Origin: a candidate division FCPU426 bacterium
GTDB taxonomy: Bacteria; Oederibacteriota; Muellerivitia; Muellerivitales; Muellerivitaceae
NCBI GenBank assembly: GCA_030041545.1
Contig: JASHNQ010000059.1
Coordinates: forward strand, 16,222-80,221
DNA length: 64,000 nucleotides
Direction of reading: 5' to 3'
The notes beneath the pieces are model-generated. The model had not been told where the DNA came from and ran no database searches. It worked only from the letters and a program-made list of their open reading frames with translations. The first letter of the stretch is position 1, and every line of letters begins with the position of its first letter. Below are positions 9,517-18,976 of this stretch, piece by piece. Made by a program: the position numbers and the translations under genes.

Positions 9517-10797
9517 TTGATTTATACCTCCGATTTCAGCGACCTGGATTTCAAGGCGATCTTGAACCGCGAACTGATAGAAGTCCATTTCCAACCCATT
9601 TTCTCCATCCGCGAAAAAAAAGTCGTCGGTTTTGAGGGTCTCTCCCGCGGCGTCCACCCCGAATCGGGAAATCTGATCCCGCCCTTAGCGCTCTTGAAGT
9701 CAGCAAAGGATTCAGGCCTGACCCTGGAACTGGACCAGCTTTTCCGCAAGAAGGTCCTGGAAACTTTCAAGCGCTGCTGTCCATCGCCCCAGGAACTCAT
9801 CCTCACGCTTAACTTCGAGACCTCCGTCATCGACCAGGAAATTGGCACGCTTAACCTGCTTCACCTTTGCCGCCAGCTGGGCATGGACCCCTCGGGCATC
9901 GTCATTGAAATCTTGGAATCTAAGGTCAAGAACACCGAAGCCTTAAGCCGCTTCGTGCACATTTACCGAGAACACGGTTTCCTGGTGGCGCTCGACGACG
10001 TTGGCAAGGGCCACTCCAACCTGGACCGCATCCCGGTCATCCAGCCCGACATCCTCAAAATCGACCGGTCCCTGGTCATGAACCTGGAATCGGACTATCA
10101 CCGCCAGGAGGTCTTCAAGGCCCTCGTGGGCCTTTCCCATAAGATCGGGGCCATGGTCTTAGCCGAGGGAGCGGAAACCGAGGAGGAGACCCTGGAGGCC
10201 ATGGAACTAGGCGCGGACCTCATCCAGGGGTATTACATCTCCAAACCCCAGGAGGCCACCGCGAAGTTCGTGGAGGTGGCCACCCATGTCCTGGATCCCC
10301 TGGCCGGCAAGTTCCGCAAGCGCATGGTGGACAAGTTCAACATCCGCAAGATGCAACATGAACGCTATAGCCTGGTGATGGAATCCCTGGTGGGGGATTT
10401 TTCGACTTTCTCCCTGGGGGAAATGGACGGAAGACTTCCAGGCGCCCTAGCCAGCCATTCCATCGCCGAAGCCCTTTATGTCCTGGATGAGAAGGGGCTC
10501 CAGGCCACCCTCATGGCCTGCAAAAAGGTCCAACGCATTCAAAAGGGTATTTTCCGCCTGCCGCCTAAAGGAACCGATTATTCCATGCGGGACTACTACT
10601 ACCACCTAGTGGAAGCCCATTTCGACCGGGAAACCTACACCAGCGAACCCTATATCTCCCCCGCCACCGGCCTTTTCTGCCTAACCATCGCCACCCGGTT
10701 CAAGGATCGTGACGACGTGCCCCTTATCCTTTGCGTGGATGTGGTGCCCAACTACCTCAAGCATATGGGCCGCATCATGACCCTTTTCGGCGGCTGA
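9517..10797 (+). CDS. EAL-domain c-di-GMP phosphodiesterase with an uncharacterised C-terminal domain
   Basis: TTG start. EAL motifs present: FEGLSR (EALxR position), DDVGKGHSNLDRI (DDFGTGYSS), ILKIDRSLV, AEGAETEEE, IQGYYISKP. About 175 aa after the EAL domain has no recognisable motif. Confidence 0.8.
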   Translation: MIYTSDFSDLDFKAILNRELIEVHFQPIFSIREKKVVGFEGLSRGVHPESGNLIPPLALLKSAKDSGLTLELDQLFRKKVLETFKRCCPSPQELILTLNFETSVIDQEIGTLNLLHLCRQLGMDPSGIVIEILESKVKNTEALSRFVHIYREHGFLVALDDVGKGHSNLDRIPVIQPDILKIDRSLVMNLESDYHRQEVFKALVGLSHKIGAMVLAEGAETEEETLEAMELGADLIQGYYISKPQEATAKFVEVATHVLDPLAGKFRKRMVDKFNIRKMQHERYSLVMESLVGDFSTFSLGEMDGRLPGALASHSIAEALYVLDEKGLQATLMACKKVQRIQKGIFRLPPKGTDYSMRDYYYHLVEAHFDRETYTSEPYISPATGLFCLTIATRFKDRDDVPLILCVDVVPNYLKHMGRIMTLFGG

Positions 10798-10919
10798 GGC
10801 ATCCTCCCCCACTTCCCCCAAACTAACGCTTCTGGTTTAACCTCAGCTCATTGTATAGTTAATCGAGCTTTCAGCAACGGCTTGCTTGAAACGTTATAAA
10901 CCCGTACTCCGGAGCCTTC

Positions 10920-11627
10920 ATGACCACCCCCCTTTGGAATAAAAAAGTCAAATGCCCCTTCTGCCAGTTCGAGTTCGAGACCACGCGCATGCGCTCCTCG
11001 GTCATCAAGATTAAGGAAAAAATGACCGATTTTGGCAATATCTACGACGGCGAATGCGCCTATTTCTACGCGGTCACGGTCTGTCCCCAATGCACTTTCG
11101 CGGCCCTAAACAAGGATTTCGATTCCATCCGCGCCGATTACGAACCCAAAGTGGTTGAAGCCACCAAGAAGATCCGCCAAGCCAACGTGAAAAGGCCGGA
11201 CATTTTCACGCTGGGGCACTTGACGCCGGAAGCCACCGCCAAACGGCACGAGCTGGCCATCGCTTTCACGAAAATGCGCACTTACTCTGAACTGGGCGCC
11301 TTGGCCGGCCTATACATGCACTTAGTGTGGATTTACCGCCTGTCGGGAAACCGCGAAAAGGAAAGGACAGCCATGACCGATGCCGTCAAGGCCTACCAGG
11401 AATTCCATGAAAAAGGCGCGGACCTGCCGGAAAAGCTGGGGGAACCGGGGGTTTTATACCTCATTGGAGAGCTTTACCGCCGACTGGGGCAATTCAAGGA
11501 GGCGCGGACTTATTATGGAAGAGCATTGGCCAGCAAGGAAATAAACCTTTATCCCGCCATCGCCGAAATGACACGCGACATGATGCTGGCCGCCAAGAAA
11601 GCCATGGGAGAAGCCGAAACGGCTTAA
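10920..11627 (+). CDS. DUF2225-like zinc-ribbon protein
   Basis: CPFC...CPQC zinc-ribbon pair, then a helical TPR-like region. Resembles the DUF2225 architecture. Confidence 0.5.
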   Translation: MTTPLWNKKVKCPFCQFEFETTRMRSSVIKIKEKMTDFGNIYDGECAYFYAVTVCPQCTFAALNKDFDSIRADYEPKVVEATKKIRQANVKRPDIFTLGHLTPEATAKRHELAIAFTKMRTYSELGALAGLYMHLVWIYRLSGNREKERTAMTDAVKAYQEFHEKGADLPEKLGEPGVLYLIGELYRRLGQFKEARTYYGRALASKEINLYPAIAEMTRDMMLAAKKAMGEAETA

Positions 11628-11699
11628 ACCCTTCGCCCGTGAATTGGGCCCACACCCGGGAGACATTTGCCGGAAACCGCCATTCCCGCCTTTACACTT

Positions 11700-12035
11700 T
11701 TATTCGAAACGACGATGGGGGGCCTGGGCCCTCTTCTGGGCCTCCCTCAACCCCATTTCCAAGGCCATTTTTTGACGTGACTCACTGGTCAGACGGGGAA
11801 GGGCCTGGGCATAGCGGAAATCGGGCGCGGGGCCGCCGGGTAAAAGGGCCGTTTCCTTCAAGTGTTCTACGGCGGCCATGGCCCCATAAATCACCGTGGG
11901 GGCCTCAGCGTTTGAGAGAAAAATGCGGAATTCATAGCCGCTCTGAACTCGTTGCACTTGGGCGGTAGGCGGGAGAATTTTCCAAAGCTCTGCATAGGGA
12001 TCGGAAACTTCAAAAGGGGGAAACATAGGCTCCAT
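11700..12035 (-). CDS. hypothetical protein
   Basis: ORF with an internal ATG at 12035 (MEPMFPPFEV...). No motif; coding-like composition. Confidence 0.3.
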   Translation of the reverse strand: MEPMFPPFEVSDPYAELWKILPPTAQVQRVQSGYEFRIFLSNAEAPTVIYGAMAAVEHLKETALLPGGPAPDFRYAQALPRLTSESRQKMALEMGLREAQKRAQAPHRRFE

Positions 12036-12502
12036 GATTAACTTTCTCCTTGATGCTTCGGTAACAGGGTAAGGTTTAAAGCTAGTTTTCGTCAAGCGAA
12101 GTGAATGGAATAGTGTCTTTTTTAAAATGTATACATCAAAACAAAAAAGCCACAATTTAGGCGGTCTTAAATTCCGGGAAAATGCTGAGCGGGGAAACGG
12201 ATTACCTTTGATGGGATCTACAGATGTTTACGTATTTCATTCCTCAACCATCCTCCTTGTTATTTTTCTGGTGCCGGGAAAAGGGCAGCCATTTTAACCA
12301 ATGAGGCAATGAGGTCCGCCGAAGAAAACGGTTCAAATACCGCGGAAAGGGAAACGATTCAAGCCCGCTCAAAATCGCGAAGGCGACCTTATTAAACCAC
12401 GTCCAACCGATCTAAGGCCTCGTTCCTAAAACCCGGGATTCTCACGGTCCCAAAACCTGCTAAACTACGGCCTTATTTCAAGCTCTTAAAGGACTCGCGA
12501 CC

Positions 12503-13441
12503 ATGGCCCGCATTGCCGCCATTTTTCCCAATGAAGGCTCCCAGTACGTAGGAATGGCAAAGGAGTTCTATGCGAAATCCCTCACCGTTCGGGACACCTT
12601 TGACAAGGCTGAGAAGCTTTTGGAGCGTAAGATTGCCAAGGTTTGCTTCCTGGGCCCCAAGGAAGAGCAAGACCAACTGGTGAACGCCCACTTGATCACC
12701 TTTTTGTGCGACTTCGCCTTTTTCGATCTTCTCGTGCAAAATCGCCGAAAACCTGAAGTCGTGACCGGCATCGGCGTGGGGGAAGTGTCGGCACTGACAG
12801 CCGCTGAATGCCTACCTTATCCCAACGCCCTGCAATATGTGGTGAAGCGGGCGCAATTGCTGGAAAAATTCAGCCAAAAGGCGGGTGGGGCCGCGCTTTT
12901 CATCACCGGTGTTCCCTTGGAGCAACTCCAGCCCCTTTTGACCCGTGAGGAGGGGGAACTGACCATCACCCAATACTTGGCGCCCGATACCTTTATCGTT
13001 TGGGGGCCCAAGGAAGCCGTGGAATCCCTCCGGGCCGAGGCCCAGGGGATAAGGCAGATCAAAACCAACTTTCAGCCGCCCCGGGGCCCCCTTTTTTCAC
13101 CCAAGGCCGCCGAACTGGAGGCGGATTTAGACCGGCTTTTGACCGAATGCCTGGATGGCAAGCAACTCAACCCCCCCAAAATCACCTTTCACCGCGCCAA
13201 TGATGGGGAATACGTTGGAACCCCCGAGATGGTTCGGGATGTCCTGACCAGACAGTATTCCCGGCCCGTGGATTGGGTCAAGACCGTCCACGCCGTCAAT
13301 TTTCGGGGATTCCGCACATGGGTGGAAGTGGGGCCGGGAAGAATTTACGGCACCTTAGTGCGGAAAATCGATACGGACAACCGGATCACCAACGTGGAAG
13401 ACTTAAAAAGCCTTTCGACCACCGTCAAGGTCACCGGCTGA
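12503..13441 (+). CDS. FabD-like (malonyl-CoA:ACP transacylase fold) protein lacking the catalytic Ser and His
   Basis: FPNEGSQ aligns with FabD FPGQGSQ. GIGVGEVSAL replaces GHSLGEYSAL (Ser->Val). The SH of SHCALM becomes SP. The Arg117 equivalent (VVKRAQLLEKF) is retained. Confidence 0.7.
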   Translation: MARIAAIFPNEGSQYVGMAKEFYAKSLTVRDTFDKAEKLLERKIAKVCFLGPKEEQDQLVNAHLITFLCDFAFFDLLVQNRRKPEVVTGIGVGEVSALTAAECLPYPNALQYVVKRAQLLEKFSQKAGGAALFITGVPLEQLQPLLTREEGELTITQYLAPDTFIVWGPKEAVESLRAEAQGIRQIKTNFQPPRGPLFSPKAAELEADLDRLLTECLDGKQLNPPKITFHRANDGEYVGTPEMVRDVLTRQYSRPVDWVKTVHAVNFRGFRTWVEVGPGRIYGTLVRKIDTDNRITNVEDLKSLSTTVKVTG

Positions 13442-13479
13442 AGATTTACTACCATGACGGCGAAGAACTCGAAAACAAC

Positions 13480-14259
13480 ATGGATTTGAAATTAAGCAAC
13501 ATCATATTTGGGGTTTCTTTAAGAACCGCCTTTTTTCCTTTTCTTCGGATTCTTCGGATCTCCGCGGTGATATTTATTATTCATATTCCGGTTTGGGCGC
13601 AGGAAGACGCCTTGTCAGCGCCCACCCCTCCCCCGGCTATCCCATTAAACGCCGTCGGTTCCAATCCATTTTCCAGAAGCGGCGCCGGTACTCAAGCCGC
13701 GCCCGCGGATGTGGTTGACCCAAACGGCCAACCGGCTCCGGCCGCAGAGCCCACGGTTACCTCCCTGGAAACTCCCGATGATTCCAGGTCTCCTACCCCG
13801 TTGGTAACATCCGTTGGAATCCAAAATTCTCCAGCGCAAACTAAAACTGCGACTCCAACAGCGACCCCCTCTCCGACACCCACGAAGACCGCCACAAAAA
13901 CCCCCTCTCCCCGTTCCCATCCTGGCGGCGCGCCCACCCTAACCCCGACGCCGTCCTTGCCCCGAGTGACGGCTATCCCCAATCCGGCTTATGGCGATAA
14001 AGTGATCTTCCGGGTGATGAGCAAAGGCCCGGCCAAGGCCCGCGTTGTGGTTTACGACCGGTTCTTCAGTAAGGTCGCCGACCTCTCGGGGGAAGGGGAC
14101 CGTCTTTTCGATATTCTTTGGAGTTTAAAGAATGTCGCGGAAGGCATTTACTACTATCAAACCGAAGTGATAGACGCCGCTACTGGACAAAGCCAGATCC
14201 TGAAGATGCAGAGTTTTGCAGTGATGAGGGACCAGACCAACCCCGCCGACGCTTATTAA
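13480..14259 (+). CDS. secreted Pro/Thr-rich protein with a C-terminal FlgD-Ig/T9SS-like sorting domain
   Basis: Signal peptide, PT-rich linker (TATPTATPSPTPTKTATKTPSP), and a C-terminal 85-aa block IPNPAYGDKVIFRV...RVVVYDRFFSKV...EGIYYYQTEVID...ILKMQSFAVMR. Confidence 0.5.
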   Translation: MDLKLSNIIFGVSLRTAFFPFLRILRISAVIFIIHIPVWAQEDALSAPTPPPAIPLNAVGSNPFSRSGAGTQAAPADVVDPNGQPAPAAEPTVTSLETPDDSRSPTPLVTSVGIQNSPAQTKTATPTATPSPTPTKTATKTPSPRSHPGGAPTLTPTPSLPRVTAIPNPAYGDKVIFRVMSKGPAKARVVVYDRFFSKVADLSGEGDRLFDILWSLKNVAEGIYYYQTEVIDAATGQSQILKMQSFAVMRDQTNPADAY

Positions 14260-14407
14260 TCAGCCTGAACCGTTGCTACCCCATGTTATTTTAGCCCTTG
14301 TAAAAGCCGTGTCTTTTGGTTCCTAAGGCCTTCCTTTTAAAGTAGAATCCCAAACGCATCCGTTGTCTTTTCCCCTTCCCTGGGGCTAATACTTTTCCGG
14401 AGTTCTC

Positions 14408-15847
14408 GTGCCTTCCTCTTTGCCTGAAGTGCTTATCGTGGGACGGCCCAACGTGGGCAAATCCACCCTTTTCAACCGGCTGGCCGGAAAATCCTTGGCC
14501 TTGGTGGACAACCAGCCCGGTTCCACGCGGGACTTGAAAAGTTTCGAAACGGATTGGAATGGCACTTCCTTCACCGTGACGGATTCGGGCGGCTGGGTAC
14601 CGGGCGAGAAGGATTCTATCGCCCTGAAAGTAGGAGAAATGCTGGAAAAAAAGATTCGCCAGGCCTCAGCCCTGCTACTGGTGGTGGACGGCCTTGAGGG
14701 AATGACCCCGGCGGATGAGCTGATGGCCCGGTCTATCCGCAAATACGGCCTGCCGACCTGGGTGGCGGTGAACAAGGCCGACCAGCCTGAAAAAGCCGGG
14801 GAATCCGCCGCCGAATTCCTAAAGCTTGGATTTGAGAACTGCATCCCCATATCCGCCATGCACGGCATCGGCGTGGACGACCTGCTAGATTCGCTGGTGT
14901 CAAGCCTTCTCAAATCTCCTCTCCCCAAGGAACCGGAAAAAGAGGAAAAACGACCCTTGCGCTTGGCGGTGCTGGGCAAACCCAATGTGGGCAAATCCTC
15001 GCTGGTCAACGCCATTTTGGGCGAAAACCGAGTGATCGTGGACGACCTGCCCGGCACCACCCATGACGCTGTGCCCGTCATTATCGAAACGGGGGATACA
15101 CCTATAGTTATGGTGGACACGGCCGGCATCCGACAGCAATTGAAACAGGACAGCCGCATCGAAAAAATCAGCGTGGAGCAGGCCCTTTACGAGCTGAAAA
15201 CCTGCCAGGTCGTGCTGATGGTGGTGGACGGGGAAAAGGGCATCACGCACCAGGATGTTTCCATCAGCCGAATCATCGGCGAGGCTTTCCGGCCCGTGGT
15301 GGTGGTCGTCAACAAATGGGATATACATCCCCCTGGGGCGGAACAGGCCCGGGCCGAGAGGATCGCCAAGAGGGAACTGCGGTCCATTCATTTCGCGCCG
15401 GTTTTATTCGTTTCGGCCAAGACTGGGCTGAACCTTCAGAAAATCCTGCCCACGGTTTACGCCGTTTACGAGGAAAGCTGCCGCGAAACCCCCACCCGCA
15501 AGGTCAATTTGGCCCTCCAGGAGGCGGTTTCCAAGCAATCCCCGCCCTTTCGGGGCGGGCACCAGATTAAAATACTTTATGGCTATCAGAGGGTGGGACA
15601 CCCACCCGCGTTTGAAGTTTTTGCCAACCAGTCCGCGAGTGCTACGCCGGCTTACCTTCGCTACTTGGAAGCCGAGGTACGCAAGGCATTGGACCTGGAA
15701 AATACGCCTTTACAGATCGTCTTAAAGGAAAAAGCTGATAAACACGAATTTAAGAACAAGAATTTCAAGCGAAACTTCGTCCTAAAAGCCTCAAAAAACC
15801 AAAAATCAAAGAAGAACGAAGCGAAGAGTTCAAAGAACAAAAATTAA
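14408..15847 (+). CDS. der: ribosome-associated GTPase Der (EngA) with a lysine-rich C-terminal tail
   Basis: Two G domains (GRPNVGKST..., GKPNVGKSS...), a KH-like C-terminus, then a K-rich extension. Confidence 0.9.
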   Translation: MPSSLPEVLIVGRPNVGKSTLFNRLAGKSLALVDNQPGSTRDLKSFETDWNGTSFTVTDSGGWVPGEKDSIALKVGEMLEKKIRQASALLLVVDGLEGMTPADELMARSIRKYGLPTWVAVNKADQPEKAGESAAEFLKLGFENCIPISAMHGIGVDDLLDSLVSSLLKSPLPKEPEKEEKRPLRLAVLGKPNVGKSSLVNAILGENRVIVDDLPGTTHDAVPVIIETGDTPIVMVDTAGIRQQLKQDSRIEKISVEQALYELKTCQVVLMVVDGEKGITHQDVSISRIIGEAFRPVVVVVNKWDIHPPGAEQARAERIAKRELRSIHFAPVLFVSAKTGLNLQKILPTVYAVYEESCRETPTRKVNLALQEAVSKQSPPFRGGHQIKILYGYQRVGHPPAFEVFANQSASATPAYLRYLEAEVRKALDLENTPLQIVLKEKADKHEFKNKNFKRNFVLKASKNQKSKKNEAKSSKNKN

Positions 15848-15858
15848 AGGATTTTTAA

Positions 15859-16464
15859 ATGCTCCGCGGGATCATCTTGCTGGCCGCCTACTGTGTGGGC
15901 TCTATCCCCTTCGGCTTCTTGTTGGTCAAATGGGCCAAGGGCGTGGATGTGCGCACCCAGGGAAGCGGCAATATCGGCATGACCAACGTCTGGCGGGTGG
16001 TCGGCGCCGGGTGGGGAATCGCAACCCTGTTGCTTGACATCTCCAAAGGCGCCCTTGCGGTGTGGCTGCCTCAGCATTTCGCCCCCCTGGACAGCCTTTT
16101 GGAGGTACTTTGTGGGTTGGCTGGGCTTTTGGGCAACATTTTTCCGATTTTCCTCCAGTTCAAGGGGGGAAAGGGCATTGGGGTGAGCGTGGGAGTGTTT
16201 TTCACCCTTTTACCACTGGAAAGCGCCGCAGGACTGGTGGCGTTTACTCTGGCCGTGGCTGCCACCCGGATGATTTCAGTGGGAAGTCTTTTGGGCGTGA
16301 CTACCATGGCTCTCCTGACCATTTACTTGGAAAAAGGCCTCAATTGGTTCTCCGGCTTGGCTTTGTTCGCCATGATTTTAATTTGGTGGACCCATCGCCA
16401 AAACATTAAACGGATATTGAACGGCACGGAAAACAAGATCGGGAAAAAAGGCCTTAACCGATGA
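15859..16464 (+). CDS. plsY: glycerol-3-phosphate acyltransferase PlsY
   Basis: GSGNIGMTNVWR motif, multi-TM. Confidence 0.9.
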   Translation: MLRGIILLAAYCVGSIPFGFLLVKWAKGVDVRTQGSGNIGMTNVWRVVGAGWGIATLLLDISKGALAVWLPQHFAPLDSLLEVLCGLAGLLGNIFPIFLQFKGGKGIGVSVGVFFTLLPLESAAGLVAFTLAVAATRMISVGSLLGVTTMALLTIYLEKGLNWFSGLALFAMILIWWTHRQNIKRILNGTENKIGKKGLNR

Positions 16465-17468
16465 AACTCTGCGTCTTAGGGGCCGGAAGTTGGGGAATCG
16501 CGTTAAGTGTTCACCTCTACCGCGCAGGGCATAATATCAGCCTTTGGGAGCATGACCCGGTAAAGGCCGAAAAACTAGGGCAAAGCCGGGAAAACAAGGT
16601 TCTCCTTCCGGGCATCTTACTGCCAGCCGGCATTCAGGTTACTTCGAGCATTGAAGAGGCACTCAAGGGCGGGGAAGGGGTGGTTTTGGTGGTTCCTTCC
16701 CACGTTGTCCGGGACACGATCCAAAAGGCGTTTTCTTTTTGGCCCCAAGGCGCCTGGGTGGTCTGCACTACCAAAGGCTTGGAGGAGAACAGCCACTTGC
16801 GCATGAGCCAGGTGTTAAAGGAATACATTAAAGACGAGGATTTGATTTCTGTTTTATCCGGCCCAAGCCATGCCGAGGAAGTGTCGCAAAAAATGCCGAC
16901 AACCGTTGTGTCGGCCTCCGTCAACCAAGCCCTGGTCCATACGGTCCAAGGTATTTTCCACTCCGATTATTTCAGGGTCTACACCTCCCCGGATGTCATC
17001 GGAGTGGAACTGGGTGGATCCTTGAAAAACGTCATCGCGATTGCCGCAGGCATTTCGGACGGCCTGGGATTGGGCGACAATTCTAAGGCGGCCCTCATGA
17101 CCCGTGGATTACATGAAATCACCCGGCTGGGGGTGGCGCTGGGAGCCCAGCCTCCTACCTTCGCAGGGCTGGCCGGGATGGGGGACCTTATTGTCACCTG
17201 CTGCAGTCGGCACAGCCGAAACCGCCTCTTGGGTGAAAAAATAGGGAAGGGGGCTACTTTTCAACAAGCCCTGAAGGAAATGGTGATGGTGGCCGAGGGC
17301 ATCAAAACATCCCACGCTGCCGTGGAACTTGCTCAGAGAGCCCAATTGGAAGTGCCTATCACCCGGGAAGTTTATAGCGTTCTTTTCGAGGGAAAAGGCG
17401 CCAAGGAAGCCGTCAAGTCGCTTTTGGCGCGGGCGGCCAAGGCTGAGCAGGATCCGACGGTTTGGTAA
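16461..17468 (+). CDS. gpsA: NAD(P)H-dependent glycerol-3-phosphate dehydrogenase
   Basis: MKLCVLGAGSWG Rossmann motif. Full-length GpsA similarity. 4-nt overlap with plsY. Confidence 0.9.
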   Translation: MKLCVLGAGSWGIALSVHLYRAGHNISLWEHDPVKAEKLGQSRENKVLLPGILLPAGIQVTSSIEEALKGGEGVVLVVPSHVVRDTIQKAFSFWPQGAWVVCTTKGLEENSHLRMSQVLKEYIKDEDLISVLSGPSHAEEVSQKMPTTVVSASVNQALVHTVQGIFHSDYFRVYTSPDVIGVELGGSLKNVIAIAAGISDGLGLGDNSKAALMTRGLHEITRLGVALGAQPPTFAGLAGMGDLIVTCCSRHSRNRLLGEKIGKGATFQQALKEMVMVAEGIKTSHAAVELAQRAQLEVPITREVYSVLFEGKGAKEAVKSLLARAAKAEQDPTVW

Positions 17469-17502
17469 GCAAGGCGCCCGAAACTCGGCTGAAGGGGTTC
17501 GA

Positions 17503-17790
17503 TTGACCCGCAAAGAAATGATTAAAAGCCTTATGCGACTGAGACTGGCCCGGCCGCAAGCCCGATCGGCCTTGGATTCCTTCTTTGGTTCCATTACGGC
17601 CGCCTTGAGAGAGGGACACAAAGTTTCTATAGTGGGTTTGGGATCGTGGGAATGGCGCAAAAGGCGGGCCCGGATCGCCCGGGACCCCAAGACGGGAAAG
17701 CGGATGGCCCTGGCATCCCGGCAAGTACTTTTCTTCAAACCTGCGCCCAGCCTTCGCCAAAAATTGAATAGACCTAGCGATAGGGATTAA
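17503..17790 (+). CDS. HU/IHF family DNA-binding protein
   Basis: RBS AAGGGG before TTG 17503 (alternative ATG 17518). ...VSIVGLGSWEWRKRRARIARDPKTGKRMALASRQVLFFKPAPSLRQKL matches the HU/IHF arm. Confidence 0.75.
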   Translation: MTRKEMIKSLMRLRLARPQARSALDSFFGSITAALREGHKVSIVGLGSWEWRKRRARIARDPKTGKRMALASRQVLFFKPAPSLRQKLNRPSDRD

Positions 17791-17812
17791 TTCCAATTTC
17801 ACGGAGAGGTGA

Positions 17813-18232
17813 ATGCCGGAGGAAGAAAAACTCTTTTACACCATCGGCGAAGCGGCCCAACGGATCGATGTTAAACCCTACGTGCTTCGGTATTGGGAGA
17901 CGGAATTCCGCAAACTCAATCCGCAAAAATCCGTGACAGGGCAGCGGGCCTACCGCAAAAGGGATCTTCAGGTGGCCCTGACTATCAGAAGGCTTTTGTA
18001 CGGCGAAAAATATACCATCGCGGGAGCTGTAAAAAAACTGGACGAATTGGACGAAAAAGGGGCTCTGGAGCAGTTGGAAGGGCCCTCCAACTCACCGGCC
18101 GATGAGCGTGCGCCCGAACTTCCGCCCAAGGCGGAGGAAAACTTACCGCCCATCCTCAAGGAAAAAGTCAGGGAAATGAAAAATCTGATCGCCTCCACCA
18201 AGGCGATTTTGAAGAAATACGGGTTGAATTGA
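17813..18232 (+). CDS. MerR family transcriptional regulator
   Basis: N-terminal HTH YTIGEAAQRIDVKPYVLRYWETEF, then a coiled-coil C-terminus. Confidence 0.75.
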   Translation: MPEEEKLFYTIGEAAQRIDVKPYVLRYWETEFRKLNPQKSVTGQRAYRKRDLQVALTIRRLLYGEKYTIAGAVKKLDELDEKGALEQLEGPSNSPADERAPELPPKAEENLPPILKEKVREMKNLIASTKAILKKYGLN

Positions 18233-18328
18233 AGGCCCTTTGAGGGTCTTTTTTCGCACGCTTCTTTTCTTGATCAAGGCCTCGATTTCACTTATAGTAG
18301 GCCTCCCCTCAGGGAGAGGTTTTCTGGA

Positions 18329-18404
<76 letters not shown>

Positions 18405-18460
18405 GAAAACTGTTCTGGCTGGTCTTACCGTCCGGTGGTTAAGTTCCTTGGATGATCCGT

Positions 18461-18537
18461 CGGGGCGTGGCGCAGCCCGGTAGCGCAGTTGCATGGGGTG
18501 CAAAAGGTCGCAGGTTCAAATCCTGCCGCCCCGACCA
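18461..18537 (+). tRNA. tRNA-Pro (anticodon GGG)
   Basis: Acceptor CGGGGCG/CGCCCCG, anticodon loop ATGGGGT, T arm GCAGG-TTCAAAT-CCTGC, encoded CCA. One mismatch at the top of the anticodon stem. Confidence 0.8.
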
Positions 18538-18685
18538 TTTAAAAGGGTCGTTTCTCGGATCTTCGAATCAAAACCTTACTTTTCCCAGTTTCCCCCCCTA
18601 CCACAAATCTTTAAAAAGTCAAAAAAAAGCCCCCTTAATTCAAAAAACTGACAAAACGAACCTTGGGTTTTCATGGAGGTTTCAC

Positions 18686-18961
18686 ATGTTTAACGCTTTC
18701 ACAGGATCAGTCCATGGAAGAGTCCAGGGGGTCGGATTTCGTTATTTTTCCAAGGATTGCGCCGAACAGTTGAATTTAACAGGCTGGGTGCGGAATTTGC
18801 CTGATGGAAGCGTAGAAATATTTGCCAACGGCCCACTGTCGGCGCTGGAACAGTTTATGCAAAGATTAAAAGTGGGTCCCATTGGAAGCCGGGTTGAACA
18901 GACCAAGTTCCAATGGCTGGAAACAACGGAAAGGCTAGAAGGGTTTGAAATCCGAGCTTAA
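18686..18961 (+). CDS. acyP: acylphosphatase
   Basis: VHGRVQGVGFR and GWVRNLPDGSVE signatures. 91 aa. Confidence 0.8.
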   Translation: MFNAFTGSVHGRVQGVGFRYFSKDCAEQLNLTGWVRNLPDGSVEIFANGPLSALEQFMQRLKVGPIGSRVEQTKFQWLETTERLEGFEIRA

Positions 18962-18976
18962 TAGCAAGGTGAGTCC

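Noticed and set aside
17329-17502. Upstream extension of the HU/IHF ORF
   Set aside because: It overlaps the gpsA 3' end. HU/IHF homology begins at LTRKEMIK, and an AAGGGG RBS precedes TTG 17503.
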